Assembly (NCBI GenBank): GCA_025201805.1
Contig: MU619238.1
Location: forward strand, 70,530-134,529
From: Parasitella parasitica NRRL 2501
Lineage: Eukaryota; Fungi; Mucoromycota
Length of the DNA: 64,000 nucleotides
Reading direction: 5' to 3'
Below, in pieces: positions 40,998-52,340 of the stretch; position 1 is the stretch's first letter; each line of letters begins with the position of its first letter. The position numbers and the translations under genes are program-made. A model generated the notes under the pieces. The model was not told the DNA's origin. It was given only the letters and a program-made list of their open reading frames with translations, and did not search any database.

Positions 40998-41267
40998 TGT
41001 GTTGAATATGTCTAAATGTATTGATGGGAAGGGAGAGGAAAAAGACGTAGGATGTTGCAAAAAATTAAAAAGGAAAAGCGTTCGTCTAAACAGTCACTGC
41101 CAACAGATTTTTGGTGATTCATGTTGACAGTTGATTGCTCCCTGACAGAGCAATGATCGCTGAAGTTACTGTACAATAGGTGTGTCAGTCCATTCATTAG
41201 AGAGGGTTGCTTTATTAAGATGGTTTGAAAAATATCGATGAAATACAAATGTTACACATAACCTCTT

Positions 41268-43029
41268 TTACTCTTTCTTGAGATTTGATTTTGTCTGTGG
41301 ATACGCAAATTATTAGTATGTGCAATGTAAAGATTATTTGACATTTACCTCTTCTTTGCCTATCTTAAAGGTCATCTTGTTAAGAATGATGCTGGCAATA
41401 AATAAAACAAATATAGCAGCAGACGCAACTAGAGGTTTTTGTATAAGAGAAAAGACAGAATACTCGTACTCAATCTAGAGAAAACAAGGTAAATATCAAC
41501 GAACATTATACATCTTTCTGCATTAGCAATACCTGAATAGGCAACTCGTGTTCTCTGACGACGTTACTCTTTTCTAAAATGATCATAGTACGGCCAGTCG
41601 AATCGAAATAGGTAAAATGAGATGCAATTGATTCCGAGTCCATATCGAAAGGAGCGGTAAGCTTGACATTTCTAGTGTAAAACACGGTTAGTTCCTGCCA
41701 ATGTCAAATGTGTCGTCTTAATTTTACGTTGATCCTTCGGGCAAGACAACACGAACGACGGCTTTATCAACAATCATGCTCTTGACATTCTCAACAAAGT
41801 TAATATTGAGTACATATTTCCCATTCTTGGTTTTATGAACATAAGATCCAAGATCAGCATTAAAGCCCTGATACCAAGTATAATTCCAGCCACCAAAAAT
41901 AGGATAACGAGGTCTAATTTCCAAGACTGATTTTTTCCCTGCGTTTCTAAAATTTGACGTTGATACGTTCCCGACTTCATCACGGAAATAAGGATCGTGG
42001 GCTGAAGCGGGTAGATCAAACGAAAGGCCCTTTAGAACGTTAGTTTGATCATGCAGATGACCAGTGATTTGATACTGAACTCGGTTAAAGTCAGACTCCA
42101 AACTGCAAAACATCATACGTGAGCTGCCACGCTACAAATTGTGTATTTTTTTTTTTATACTTACATGGAGCCGTCGTTACGCAAGGCGTAGTGCTCTTCT
42201 ACTGCCAGATTCTTGCCCCAGTGAGATACCTCAATTTCGCGTTGAAGGGAAGTAATGGTGATCAATGGCTTTAGGTTTTCAAAGTGACAGGTGGCAATGT
42301 CAAACGAGAATGGAGCAACATCGGAATATGGCCCATAAATAACCTTATTTTTGCTGACAGAACTCTTTCCTTGAGCGCCCTTGTGGCTAGCGATGTTGCT
42401 AGTAGGTGTTCTATTATGGCTTGTTAGTACGCAAGCACATGTAAAAGAGCCAATTGAACTCACTGAAGGGTTGTCTTGGTCTCCTTGGTATGATAGGGCG
42501 AAAGAAAATATGAATTGAAAGCGTAAACAGTGTGCTGGCGAGAAATTTGTGGCAATTTGGCAGGCATTGGCTTTATATTGTGGATATATGCAATCTTGAG
42601 ACCAATAAGAACATCCTCTTCAGGCTTGACAGGTTCATGCAAAGAAACCTTATAAACATTCATATCACTAAGTTTGATGGAATGGTAAACTACGTTAGTA
42701 TATGGGATACGCATCTACATTGCAACTTACGTCAGGGCATCCCATTCTTCCAGACTGACATCAAGTTCAGTCTTTTGTTTCCTCAAGAACGCAAAGATGG
42801 TGGCAGTATTTTTAGCAAGGACAGCAGGCAGATGAAAGTAGTATGCGTTAGCATCTTTGGTGTCAATATTCTTGGCCCTGATTCCAATATCTTCACGAGC
42901 AATGGCACTATCAACGTCAATGACACGCAAGACTTTGCTGTTTTCAAACTGCGTAGGAATAGCCCACACACAGCTGATAGCACAGCCTAACGCGAAGAAT
43001 ACATTAAAGAGAAAACGGACCGAGAACAT
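41268..43029 (-). CDS. OST1: Oligosaccharyltransferase subunit Ost1/ribophorin I, multi-exon
   Basis: Signal peptide, REIEVSHWGKNLAVEEHY, YFRDEVGNVSTSNFR, RPRYPIFGGWNY, VVLPEGS, TYFDSTGR, C-terminal transmembrane segment after QKP. The last exon (TKSNLKKE*) is less certain. Confidence 0.93.
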
Positions 43030-43285
43030 GGCCGTTTATTACAAATCCTGTACAAAAGAGAGAAGAGGAAAGGTGAACGAAATTTGATTGATGTACAAAA
43101 CTTGTAGGTTGAAGGAAAGCTCATAAATTACATTCTTGGCCAATTGAAAGACGACATACGTCAGAGTAATCGAGACAGATGCGACACACACATAACGGAA
43201 TCCTAATTTTGAGAAAGAAAGCAACTTTCAGATGGCCATTTGATCAATCCTCCTCTTTTTCCGCAACTGCAACAGAAATAACATC

Positions 43286-43837
43286 ATGGCTCACAGCAAC
43301 GTTTGGAACTCCCACCCCAAGACCTATGGTAAGGGCTCTCGTCAATGGTAAGTTCTGCAATAGTATTTTGCTGTGGATTACGATGCTTGTGATGATTGCA
43401 ATGTTCATTCCATCCATCAAATGAATATGTTGAACAAATACAAGCCACCTGAAAAAATATTGTTTTTTTTTTCTACAAGAAAAAAAAAAGGACCTGGAGA
43501 TGGCTATACTATGACACTCTTAAGAGTTGAATATTATAGCCTGGATCATGGCCTAGTTGTTTTTTTTTTTAAAGTGGCCTTGTTTGCAATCTTCACAACC
43601 CTCGGTGTTCCTAAGAAAAAAAAATTTTTTTTATTTGAAAATTTGGTTAAAATTTTTTTTTTACATCAAGTCGTGTTTGCGCTCATCGTGCTGGTTTGAT
43701 CCGCAAGTACAACCTCAATGTCTGTCGTCAATGTTTCCGTGAATACGCCAGCGATATCGGTTTCCACAAGGTCAGTTTTTATAATTTTGTTTTAAATATG
43801 GAAGTGATGCTGATTGATTTCCTTGCAGTACCGTTAA
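43286..43837 (+). CDS. RPS29: 40S ribosomal protein S29 (uS14), 3 exons
   Basis: [21 protein letters not shown]|[33 protein letters not shown]|YR*. Introns 43348-43670 and 43771-43828. Confidence 0.97.
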
Positions 43838-44089
43838 ATCTCTCATTACCGGGAAATCACTTTTCTTGTTTCTACTCTGTAAGCAGAGTACTATTTTAAT
43901 CAAATAAAGTATGCTCTCATAGAGTCCAACAATTTTAAATCTTGAACGAGCCCAATTATGGCGCATGATCTCGAATTGCGCCAGAGTCTCCTGAAATGGC
44001 ACATTTGAGTTTACAAGATATGAAAGCGAGAATTATCTTTCTAATCGTCTGCCTCAATCTTTTAACTTTTTTTTTTTTAAAAAAAAACA

Positions 44090-45280
44090 ATGACTATAGA
44101 TGTTATCCCTGTTCTTGATTACTCCAAGTACAAACTAGATGACCCAAACTCTGTGTCATCCAAGGAGTTTTTGGACAGTCTTTATCAAGCCATGAGCAAA
44201 GTGGGATTTTTCTACATCAAAAACCACGGCGTTCCGTTGGACTTGCAGCAAAAGGCTTTTGACACTGTCAAGTCCTTCTTCAAACTGCCAATTGAGGAGA
44301 AGCTTAAAGTAGAGCTTAAAAATTCGCCTCATTTCAGAGGATATTCTCAATTGAGTAAAGTACAAACCGCTAGCAAAGTCGCGATGTGCACTGACCTTAT
44401 AATGGAAATAATACACGTAGATGCAGAAACAACAGATTATCAGCAAGATAATCGAGAGCAGCTTGACCTTGGTAGAGAATACCCAGCTCTGCCTATTGAA
44501 GGATACAAAGTGTATGCTCATTTGCGTGGGCCCAATCAATGGCCAGATCAGATTCCTGAATTTCAAGAAAAGGTGACCGAACTGATGGAAGCCATGACCA
44601 AGGTAGGTCTTGTACTCATCAGAGCAATGGCCCAAGTGCTCCGATTTGATCAAGCCGAGTTTATGTCGTTGTTTGGTAAAGACTATGGTGTCAGATGCAA
44701 ATTGCTTCGATACCCCGCCCTCAATGACCCCGTTGATAGACCTCTTGACCATGGTTTGGGGGTAGGGCCTCATAAAGACACAGGATTTTTAGCTCTTTTA
44801 CTGCAAGACCATGTTGGAGGACTGCAAGTGCAAATGAAAGATGGAAGTTGGGTGGTAAGTTGTGTTCAAACAATAAATCAAGACCCAGCATACATAGTAA
44901 TTCTCCAACAAAAGGACGCTGACCCCATTCCAAACACTTTTATCGTCAACATTGGAGAGATATTTGAGCGTTTAACAAAGCAAGCTTTTGTTGCCACAAC
45001 ACATCGTGTTATTAACAAACCTTCTGCCAACTTTACGGATCGCTACTCGATTCCATTGTTTTTGGCACCAGCTTTAGAGACCAAAATACCGCAAATAGAT
45101 ATGCCTACAGCTGCGGAAAGAAACGTTGTGTCTGATGTAAAGCAAGACCAGCTATTGCAGGATGAAATTTATGGCGTGAATGAACTGTTGGGCTATTTGC
45201 GTAGTCATAAGGCGACAGCAGACAAATGGTATTACTTTGATGAGCAGGAAAAGAAATGGCATCGAAGACCTATTGCTTGA
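44090..45280 (+). CDS. 2-oxoglutarate/Fe(II) dioxygenase, IPNS/DIOX_N family
   Basis: IPVLD, GFFYIKNHGV, FFKLPIEEK, GPNQWP, facial triad HKD...H (GPHKDTG; TTHRV) and RYS. Two in-frame introns, 44355-44420 and 44855-44914, are included in the ORF-track translation. Confidence 0.92.
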   Translation: MTIDVIPVLDYSKYKLDDPNSVSSKEFLDSLYQAMSKVGFFYIKNHGVPLDLQQKAFDTVKSFFKLPIEEKLKVELKNSPHFRGYSQLSKVQTASKVAMCTDLIMEIIHVDAETTDYQQDNREQLDLGREYPALPIEGYKVYAHLRGPNQWPDQIPEFQEKVTELMEAMTKVGLVLIRAMAQVLRFDQAEFMSLFGKDYGVRCKLLRYPALNDPVDRPLDHGLGVGPHKDTGFLALLLQDHVGGLQVQMKDGSWVVSCVQTINQDPAYIVILQQKDADPIPNTFIVNIGEIFERLTKQAFVATTHRVINKPSANFTDRYSIPLFLAPALETKIPQIDMPTAAERNVVSDVKQDQLLQDEIYGVNELLGYLRSHKATADKWYYFDEQEKKWHRRPIA

Positions 45281-46088
45281 TTTTGCCTCAGAGATGCAAT
45301 GAATCATGCCCGGGATGTGCTGATGCTCGATAAACTTGGCTATCAAATATCAGATTGCTTTCAGAGAGTACATTCTGATTCTGGATTAGACAAGTCGGTG
45401 CAACTCCTAAACTTATTTAGAATCTTGTGCATCATAAAAGCTGCAAATAAAAGTTGTTCAAATATGAGTTTGTTGATTTAATTTACAAGAAAAATGTCAT
45501 TCAATCTTTTATCTTTATGCACTACTAACTATCTACGCTCAAAGGGAGATGCATGTATACGTTTGGCAAGGAAGCGATTAACAAAAAGTTGGTTATTAAA
45601 TTCCCATTTCAGGTGACCTGAATGGCTTATTTAAAGATGATTAGCATACTCCATTTATCGAGGACATGAATTGAGTTGTATTTAACATTTGGAGCCGTCA
45701 GCAATGAAAATTGTGTTCGAGATAAAGCAAGTCGACTCAAGCGTGAACTTTTCTCCGAGATGTGCTTGATATGAAATCATCGATCTTATTTTGTCTTTTC
45801 GGTGTATGCCGAGTTGATTCGTCTTATAATCGCTGCACACATGATATATGAAATATCACAACCAAGGCTGAATGGTTTAGGCCGTACATATATGACTAAA
45901 AACCGTTTTTTTAGTGTTCCCTCGATGATAATTATAGCATATACGTATTTGAAACAAAAACCATTACATCGGGATAAAATGAGCATGTCTTGCCGTGCAT
46001 GATAATGAAACATGGGTAAATTGAAAAAAGTGTCAAATTTTGCTTAAAAAGACTCTTTTCTCATTTTCTCTTTGTTTTCTGATCAGTT

Positions 46089-46112
46089 TGTGTGTGTGTG
46101 TGTGTGTGTGTG
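46089..46112. repeat. (TG)12 microsatellite abutting a TATA-like tatataa upstream of the PDR transporter
   Basis: Seen directly, about 50 nt before the ATG. Confidence 0.8.
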
Positions 46113-46161
46113 TATATAACAAATCATACTATAACTAGAGTGCAGTTTTCAATCATATAAA

Positions 46162-49100
46162 ATGGACATGCCATCAGCGAAAGAAGGGTTGAGGGCCGAG
46201 TATCTCAACCGAGATGACAGATATGATCAGCGTCAGCAGCGTTTAAATGACAACAACCCACCCGACTCAAATATGAATGAGCAATCCGGTGCTGATAATG
46301 CCGGTTATCTGGACTTGGAAAGATCAGATACTCGTAAAACTCAAGGTGGCTATGGTGAAACCGAAGGCAATGCTGTCGATATCGATGATGCACTCGAAAG
46401 ATATCATTCCGTTCGTCGTGAATTGACTGCACAATCTCGTAGAAAATCGTCCATCGCTGCAAGCTCTGCTGCTGCTGTCGCTGCTGCTGCAGCAAATTCA
46501 GATAGAGATGACGACGTGGAGAAGGGAGATCAGCAGGATTTTGATCTAACAGAATTTCTCACTGCACAAAACTCTCAAATCATGGCTGCTGGCTTGAAGC
46601 CCAAGAATATGGGCGTCATTTGGAAAGACCTCACTGTACAGGGCTTGGGCGCTGATGCTAAAATTATCCCTACTAACTGGACTTGGATCACATCCACCCT
46701 TCAATTTTGGAAATGGGGTAAACACAAAGGTACCGATTTCACTATTCTGAAAGATAACAATGGCTTTTGTAAGGCAGGCGAAATGCTTTTGGTGCTTGGT
46801 CGCCCTGGTGCTGGTTGCACTTCTCTTTTGCGTGTTCTTGCTAATATGCGTGCCTCTTATACGAAAGTCGAAGGTGATGTTACCTATGGCGGCATCGATG
46901 CCCAGGAGTTTGGAAAGCACTTTAGAGGCGAAGTCTGCTACAATGAAGAAGAGGATTTGCACTATCCTACTTTGACGACCCAGCAAACTCTTCGTTTTGC
47001 TCTCAAGAACAAGACACCTGGTAGACGTCTTCCTGGAGAATCCAAGGCAGAATTTATTGACAAAGTTCTGTACATGCTTGGTAATATGCTTGGTCTCACC
47101 AAGCAAATGAACACGATGGTTGGTAATGCCTTTGTCAGAGGTCTTTCTGGTGGGGAGCGTAAACGTCTCTCCATTGCTGAGCAAATGACTACTCGCAGCT
47201 GTATCAATTGTTGGGATTGCGCTACTCGTGGTTTAGATGCTTCTTCTGCCCTTGATTATGTTCGTTCTCTTCGCATTATGACTGACATCCTTAACAAGAC
47301 AACCATCGCTACTCTTTATCAAGCTTCAGACAGTATTTTTCATCTTTTTGACAAGGTCATGGTGCTTGACGAAGGTCGCTGCATCTACTTTGGCCCCACT
47401 GCTACTGCCAAAGAATTTTTTGTTGAGATGGGTTTCTACTGCCCTAATCGTAAATCCACTCCTGACTTCTTGACTGGTCTTTGCAACATGAACGAGCGTG
47501 AATACCGTGAAGGTTTTGAAGGAAAGGTGCCTCTTAACTCCCTTCAGTTTGAAAAGGTCTATCAAGAGTCTGATCTCCATGCCAAAATGATGCAAGAACG
47601 TGATGAATATGAGCAAAAGATCAACCAAGATCGTCCTGCAGAAACTTTTCGAGAGGCATTTAGCGATGCGCATCAAAAGCATGCCCCCAAACGCTCTCCT
47701 TTTGTTGCTACTTACCTAGAACAAGTAAAGGCTCTGACTGTTCGTCAATTTGAGCTTATTCTTGGTGATAAGGGTGCTCTTGTCTCTCGTTACGGTGGTG
47801 TCGTTGTTAAAGGCCTTATTATGGCGTCTGTTTTCTTCATGATGCCTCTAGATGCCAGTGGTGCTTTCTCTCGTGGCGGCGCCTTTCTGTTTAGTTTGCT
47901 TTTCAATGCCTTGATTGCTCAGTCTGAACTTGCAGCGTTTATGCAAGGTCGTCGCGTGCTTGAAAAGCACAAGCATTTTGCATTGTATCACCCTTCCGCG
48001 TTCTATATTGCTACTGTCATTGCTGATGTTCCTTTGGCTCTTACTCAAGTCATTATTTTTGAAATTTGCGTCTACTTTATGATGGGCCTTCAGCTGGAGG
48101 CTGGAAGAGTAAGTGCATATATTTTAACACTTGGTGTTTACCCTTACATCTATTTACTAGTTTTTTACGTTCTTTATTGTTCTTGTTATGACCAATCTCT
48201 GTATGAACGGCTTCTTCCGTTTCTGGGGAGCAGTTTCTCCCAATTTCTTCACTGCTTCTCAGTTATCCAGTATCCTTCTAATTGCAGCTTTGATTTATTG
48301 TGGCTACCAAATCCCTTACACTCAAATGCACCCGTGGCTCTTTTGGATTTACTGGATCAACCCGCTTGCATATGGCTACAAGGCATTGATTTCTGACGAG
48401 ATGCGTAACCTGCATTTCACTTGCGAAGGAGCAAACTCAGTGCCATATGGCCCCACATACACGGATCAACAATACAAGTCTTGCATCCTGGCAGGTGCTG
48501 AACCTGGCGCATCTTACGTTTTGGGTGATGATTACTTGGCTGTCAATTATGGCTACTATGTCTGGCAACGATGGATCAACTTTGTGGCTGTCGTGCTCTT
48601 TTTTCTCTTTTTCACGATCCTTACGGCCCTTGCCATGGAATACGTTGATCTTGCAAAGGAAGGTTCTATTACCAAGGTCTATAAAAAGGGGTGTGCACCT
48701 GAAGCTGAATCTGAAGAAAAACTCATGCAGCAAGTAACCACTGTCAACGACCAAGAAATGGAAGCTGTTACTGATGGCACTACATTTTCATGGCACCATG
48801 TTGATTACACTGTTCCTGTTAAAGGTGGCACTCGTCAACTACTGAACAATGTTGGTGGCATTGTCAAACCTGGGAATCTTACTGCGTTAATGGGCTCTTC
48901 TGGCGCTGGAAAGACGACTCTGTTGGATGTCTTGGCAAAGCGCAAAACAATTGGTAAAATTGAGGGCAATATATATTTGAATGGCGAGGCGCTTGCCGAT
49001 GATTTTGAGCGTATTACTGGGTACTGTGAGCAAATGGATGTCCATAACCCTAACGCCACTGTCCGTGAGGCTCTGCGGTTCTCTGCTTACCTTCGTCAAC

Positions 49101-50668
49101 CTCAGGAAGTCCCCAAAGAAGAAAAGGATGAATACGTCGAACAGATCATTATCCTTATGGAAATGCAAAAGATCTCTGATGCTCTCATTGGCGACCTTGA
49201 AGCTGGTATCGGTATTTCGGTAGAAGAACGCAAGCGACTTACTATTGCTACTGAATTGGTTGGAAAGCCCAAGCTTCTTTTCTTGGATGAGCCAACTTCT
49301 GGTTTGGATGCTCAGTCTTCTTATAATATTGTTCGCTTCATTCGTAAGCTTGCTGATGCTGGCTGGCCCGTGCTTTGTACTATTCACCAACCCTCTGCTA
49401 CTCTGTTTGAACACTTTGACCATTTGTTGCTATTAATGAGAGGTGGTCGTACTGCTTATTTCGGTGAGATCGGCAAAGATTCTCGTACTATGATTGATTA
49501 TTTCGAGTCAAACGGTGGTCCAAAATGTGCGCCTCAGGCTAATCCTGCAGAATACATTTTGGAATGCGTTGGTGCCGGCACTGCAGGAAAATCCACCAAG
49601 GACTGGGCTGACATCTGGGAAGCCTCTCCTGAGGCTGAAGCGCTTGAGCAAGAGCTGGGCCATATTCATTCCACTGTTGACCATGCGAATCCTCGTAAGG
49701 TTAGCACATATGCTCTTCCTTTCTGGGAGCAATTGAAACTTGTCTATAAGCGCATGAATATCTCTTGGTGGCGTTGTCCTACGTACAACATGGGCAGACT
49801 CTTCAATGTATGCTTTATTGGTCTAATGTCTGGCTTCAGTTTCTGGAAATTGGGAAATAGTCCGCCTGATATGCAGAACCGTATGTTCTCTGTCTTTACA
49901 ACTCTCTTGATGTCTAATGCTTTGATTATTTTGGCCCAACCTCGATTCATGCAAGAAAGAATGTGGTTCCGTCGTGAATATGCCTCCAAGTATTATGGCT
50001 GGGCACCCTTTGCACTATCTTGTGTCCTTGTAGAGATTCCATACTTGATTGTACTTGGCACTATCTTCTTGTTTTGTTTCTACTGGACTGCAGGGCTACA
50101 GAACGAGCCTGATCGTGTTGGCTTTTTTTATATTCACTTTATCATGTTTTTGTTTTATTCTGTCTCCCTTGGCTTTACAATCGCCTCTTTCTCTGCTACT
50201 CCTCCAATGGCTGCTGTCATCAACCCTTTCTTTACGTCTATTCTGATCTTGTTTGCTGGTATTATGCAACCTCCTAGCGCCATGCCTTATTTCTGGAGAG
50301 CGTGGATGTACTGGCTAGATCCATATCATTACCTGATCGAAGGCCTAGTGGTAAATGTCATGGACGGCGTTGAAGTTGTTTGTACTGGTAGCGATTTCAT
50401 CAAGATAAACGCACCACCTGGGCAAACTTGTGGAGATTACATGCAGGAATTTTTCAATGACGGCGGGCCAGGATACCTTGGTAATCCCAACGCAAGTGGC
50501 TCTTGTGATTACTGTCAATACAAGATGGGCAACGACTTTTATGAAGAAAGAATCGGTTGGAATTTCAGTAATAGATGGCGTAACTTTGGTATCCTGACTG
50601 CTTTCACTATTTTCAATGTCTTTCTGTTTATGTTCTTTGTGTTTTTGTTCAGAAAACAAAAGCGTTAA
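46162..50668 (+). CDS. Full-size PDR-type ABCG transporter (NBD-TMD)x2, copy 1, one intron (~48109-48160)
   Basis: NBD1 GRPGAGCT / LSGGERKR / CWDCATRGLD. NBD2 GSSGAGKT / ISVEERKRLTI / FLDEPTSGLD. PDR/CDR extracellular cysteine loops. Confidence 0.96.
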
Positions 50669-50673
50669 GATGC

Positions 50674-50675
<2 letters not shown>

Positions 50676-50730
<55 letters not shown>
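50676..50730. repeat. Poly(dT) tract, 55 nt, immediately after the PDR copy 1 stop
   Basis: Seen directly. Confidence 0.85.
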
Positions 50731-51158
50731 CATGTTGCATTGTACAGTAATAACAATTCCTAAAAATTTAATTCTATGGATAAACATATCTCTAATTATC
50801 GATCATTTTTAAAAAGAGGTGCCCTGTTCTCTACGTTGACCGGAATAAAAAATATATATCAACCAGTATTCTATTCAGCATTACGGTATAATAAATGCTA
50901 AAATTTAGTAACGGTCAAATCTAGCATCAGCCTTCGGCAATCAAACAGATTACAAAAACTATAATAGCTACCGATAACACACACATTCTTGTATTGTCCT
51001 CCAGCATGAACAATTATACCATAAGTCCTTCCCATCTACAATGCTTCCATATAATAATAAATTATTTCATATCTTTATTGTTTCGGCTGTAAAAGACAAA
51101 GAAAAAAGAAAAGAAATTGAGTTGTATAGTTTAATTTGATGTAATACATATAAATATT

Positions 51159-51578
51159 TTAGTGATCGCCACCTTCGGCAGCATGGCCAGCCTTGGAAGA
51201 CAGATAAGCATGTCTGCTTAATGCTGAGGTGTAGATAAAATAGCCGAGACCAAATGCAACACCAACATAAGGGATTTGAGAGGTGACACGACGAGCAGTA
51301 TTGAAGACAGCGTTGTGAGCGGCGCCAGCGAAAGCTTTTTGCTCAAAAGGGGATAAAATATAAGTTACAACACCCTAAAATTGGTCGAAAAGTGGTGGTT
51401 AGTGCACAGATATCCACAGAAATCTACAGCTGTACATATCACATACTCTTTGAGTAGGACCTCCCATATGACCCCACCTATATCATAGTTATATTAGCTT
51501 CTACAATTTTTTCGATTGTTGATTTTTTTTTCCATTGATTTACCATCCCATGTATGATTTTCCTTTAGCTCCACCCAT
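51159..51578 (-). CDS. QCR8: Cytochrome bc1 complex subunit 8, 3 exons
   Basis: MGGAKGKSYMGW|WGHMGGPTQR|GVVTYILSPFEQKAFAGAAHNAVFNTARRVTSQIPYVGVAFGLGYFIYTSALSRHAYLSSKAGHAAEGGDH*. Missed by the ORF track. Confidence 0.94.
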
Positions 51579-52340
51579 TTTTAATGTAATTATCTATGAT
51601 AGCATAATGGTTTATTATCATGACATTGTGATTGAGAGAATTGTTTTGTAAATACCTTTTTGGTTGATTGAAAAGAAAAATTAATAGAAATCGCAGGTGG
51701 GCAACCTTGTTATCCTTGATCGGGAGGCGAAAGAGGTTCTCGTTCAAGTCTGGGGCAGGTTATCGTGACGCAATTATCTGTTGTTTAACAAGCTTTTTGT
51801 TCAAGAGGAAGCTCTGCAATTCACTACAACACATTGGTAGTTATTCAATGAACCTTTATTTATCATGCAAGTGTTCTAGATTCATTCTTAAAGCAATTAT
51901 TTTTCATTAATCCAATCCTATGAAACTCCCATCGAAATGTTATTTAAATTACAATGAAGTAAATGTATGAAGCTTAATATTATATTTAAGGAATTCTCTT
52001 TCATAATCATCCAAACGAAAGACCAAAAACATCTTTCTGGCATCCTTGTTCCAGAGATTCTGTTGCCATGATAATTAGCCTGTTACCATGCAACGATCTT
52101 GACCTGAAATTTGTTTCTATGGCAACCATACTATGTTATCCAAATCTATATATCTGACGATGCCTATTTGTAGAATTGATTGTTGAGCTTTGTTCAAAAA
52201 CATGATGGTAAACCTTACGCAGCACCTCATGAACAACACACGGACTTTTAATGAGACATCAAAATTTTGTACTTAATGGTTGCGTGGTTTCGCTTTTTTC
52301 TTTCATTCCCTCCTTACTATTAAAGACGTAAACAATTAGA

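Noticed and set aside
45281-45481. 66-codon in-frame extension after the oxygenase TGA (possible readthrough)
   Set aside because: The context is TGA-TTT, not the leaky TGA-CTA. The extension ends in no targeting signal, and this length can arise by chance.
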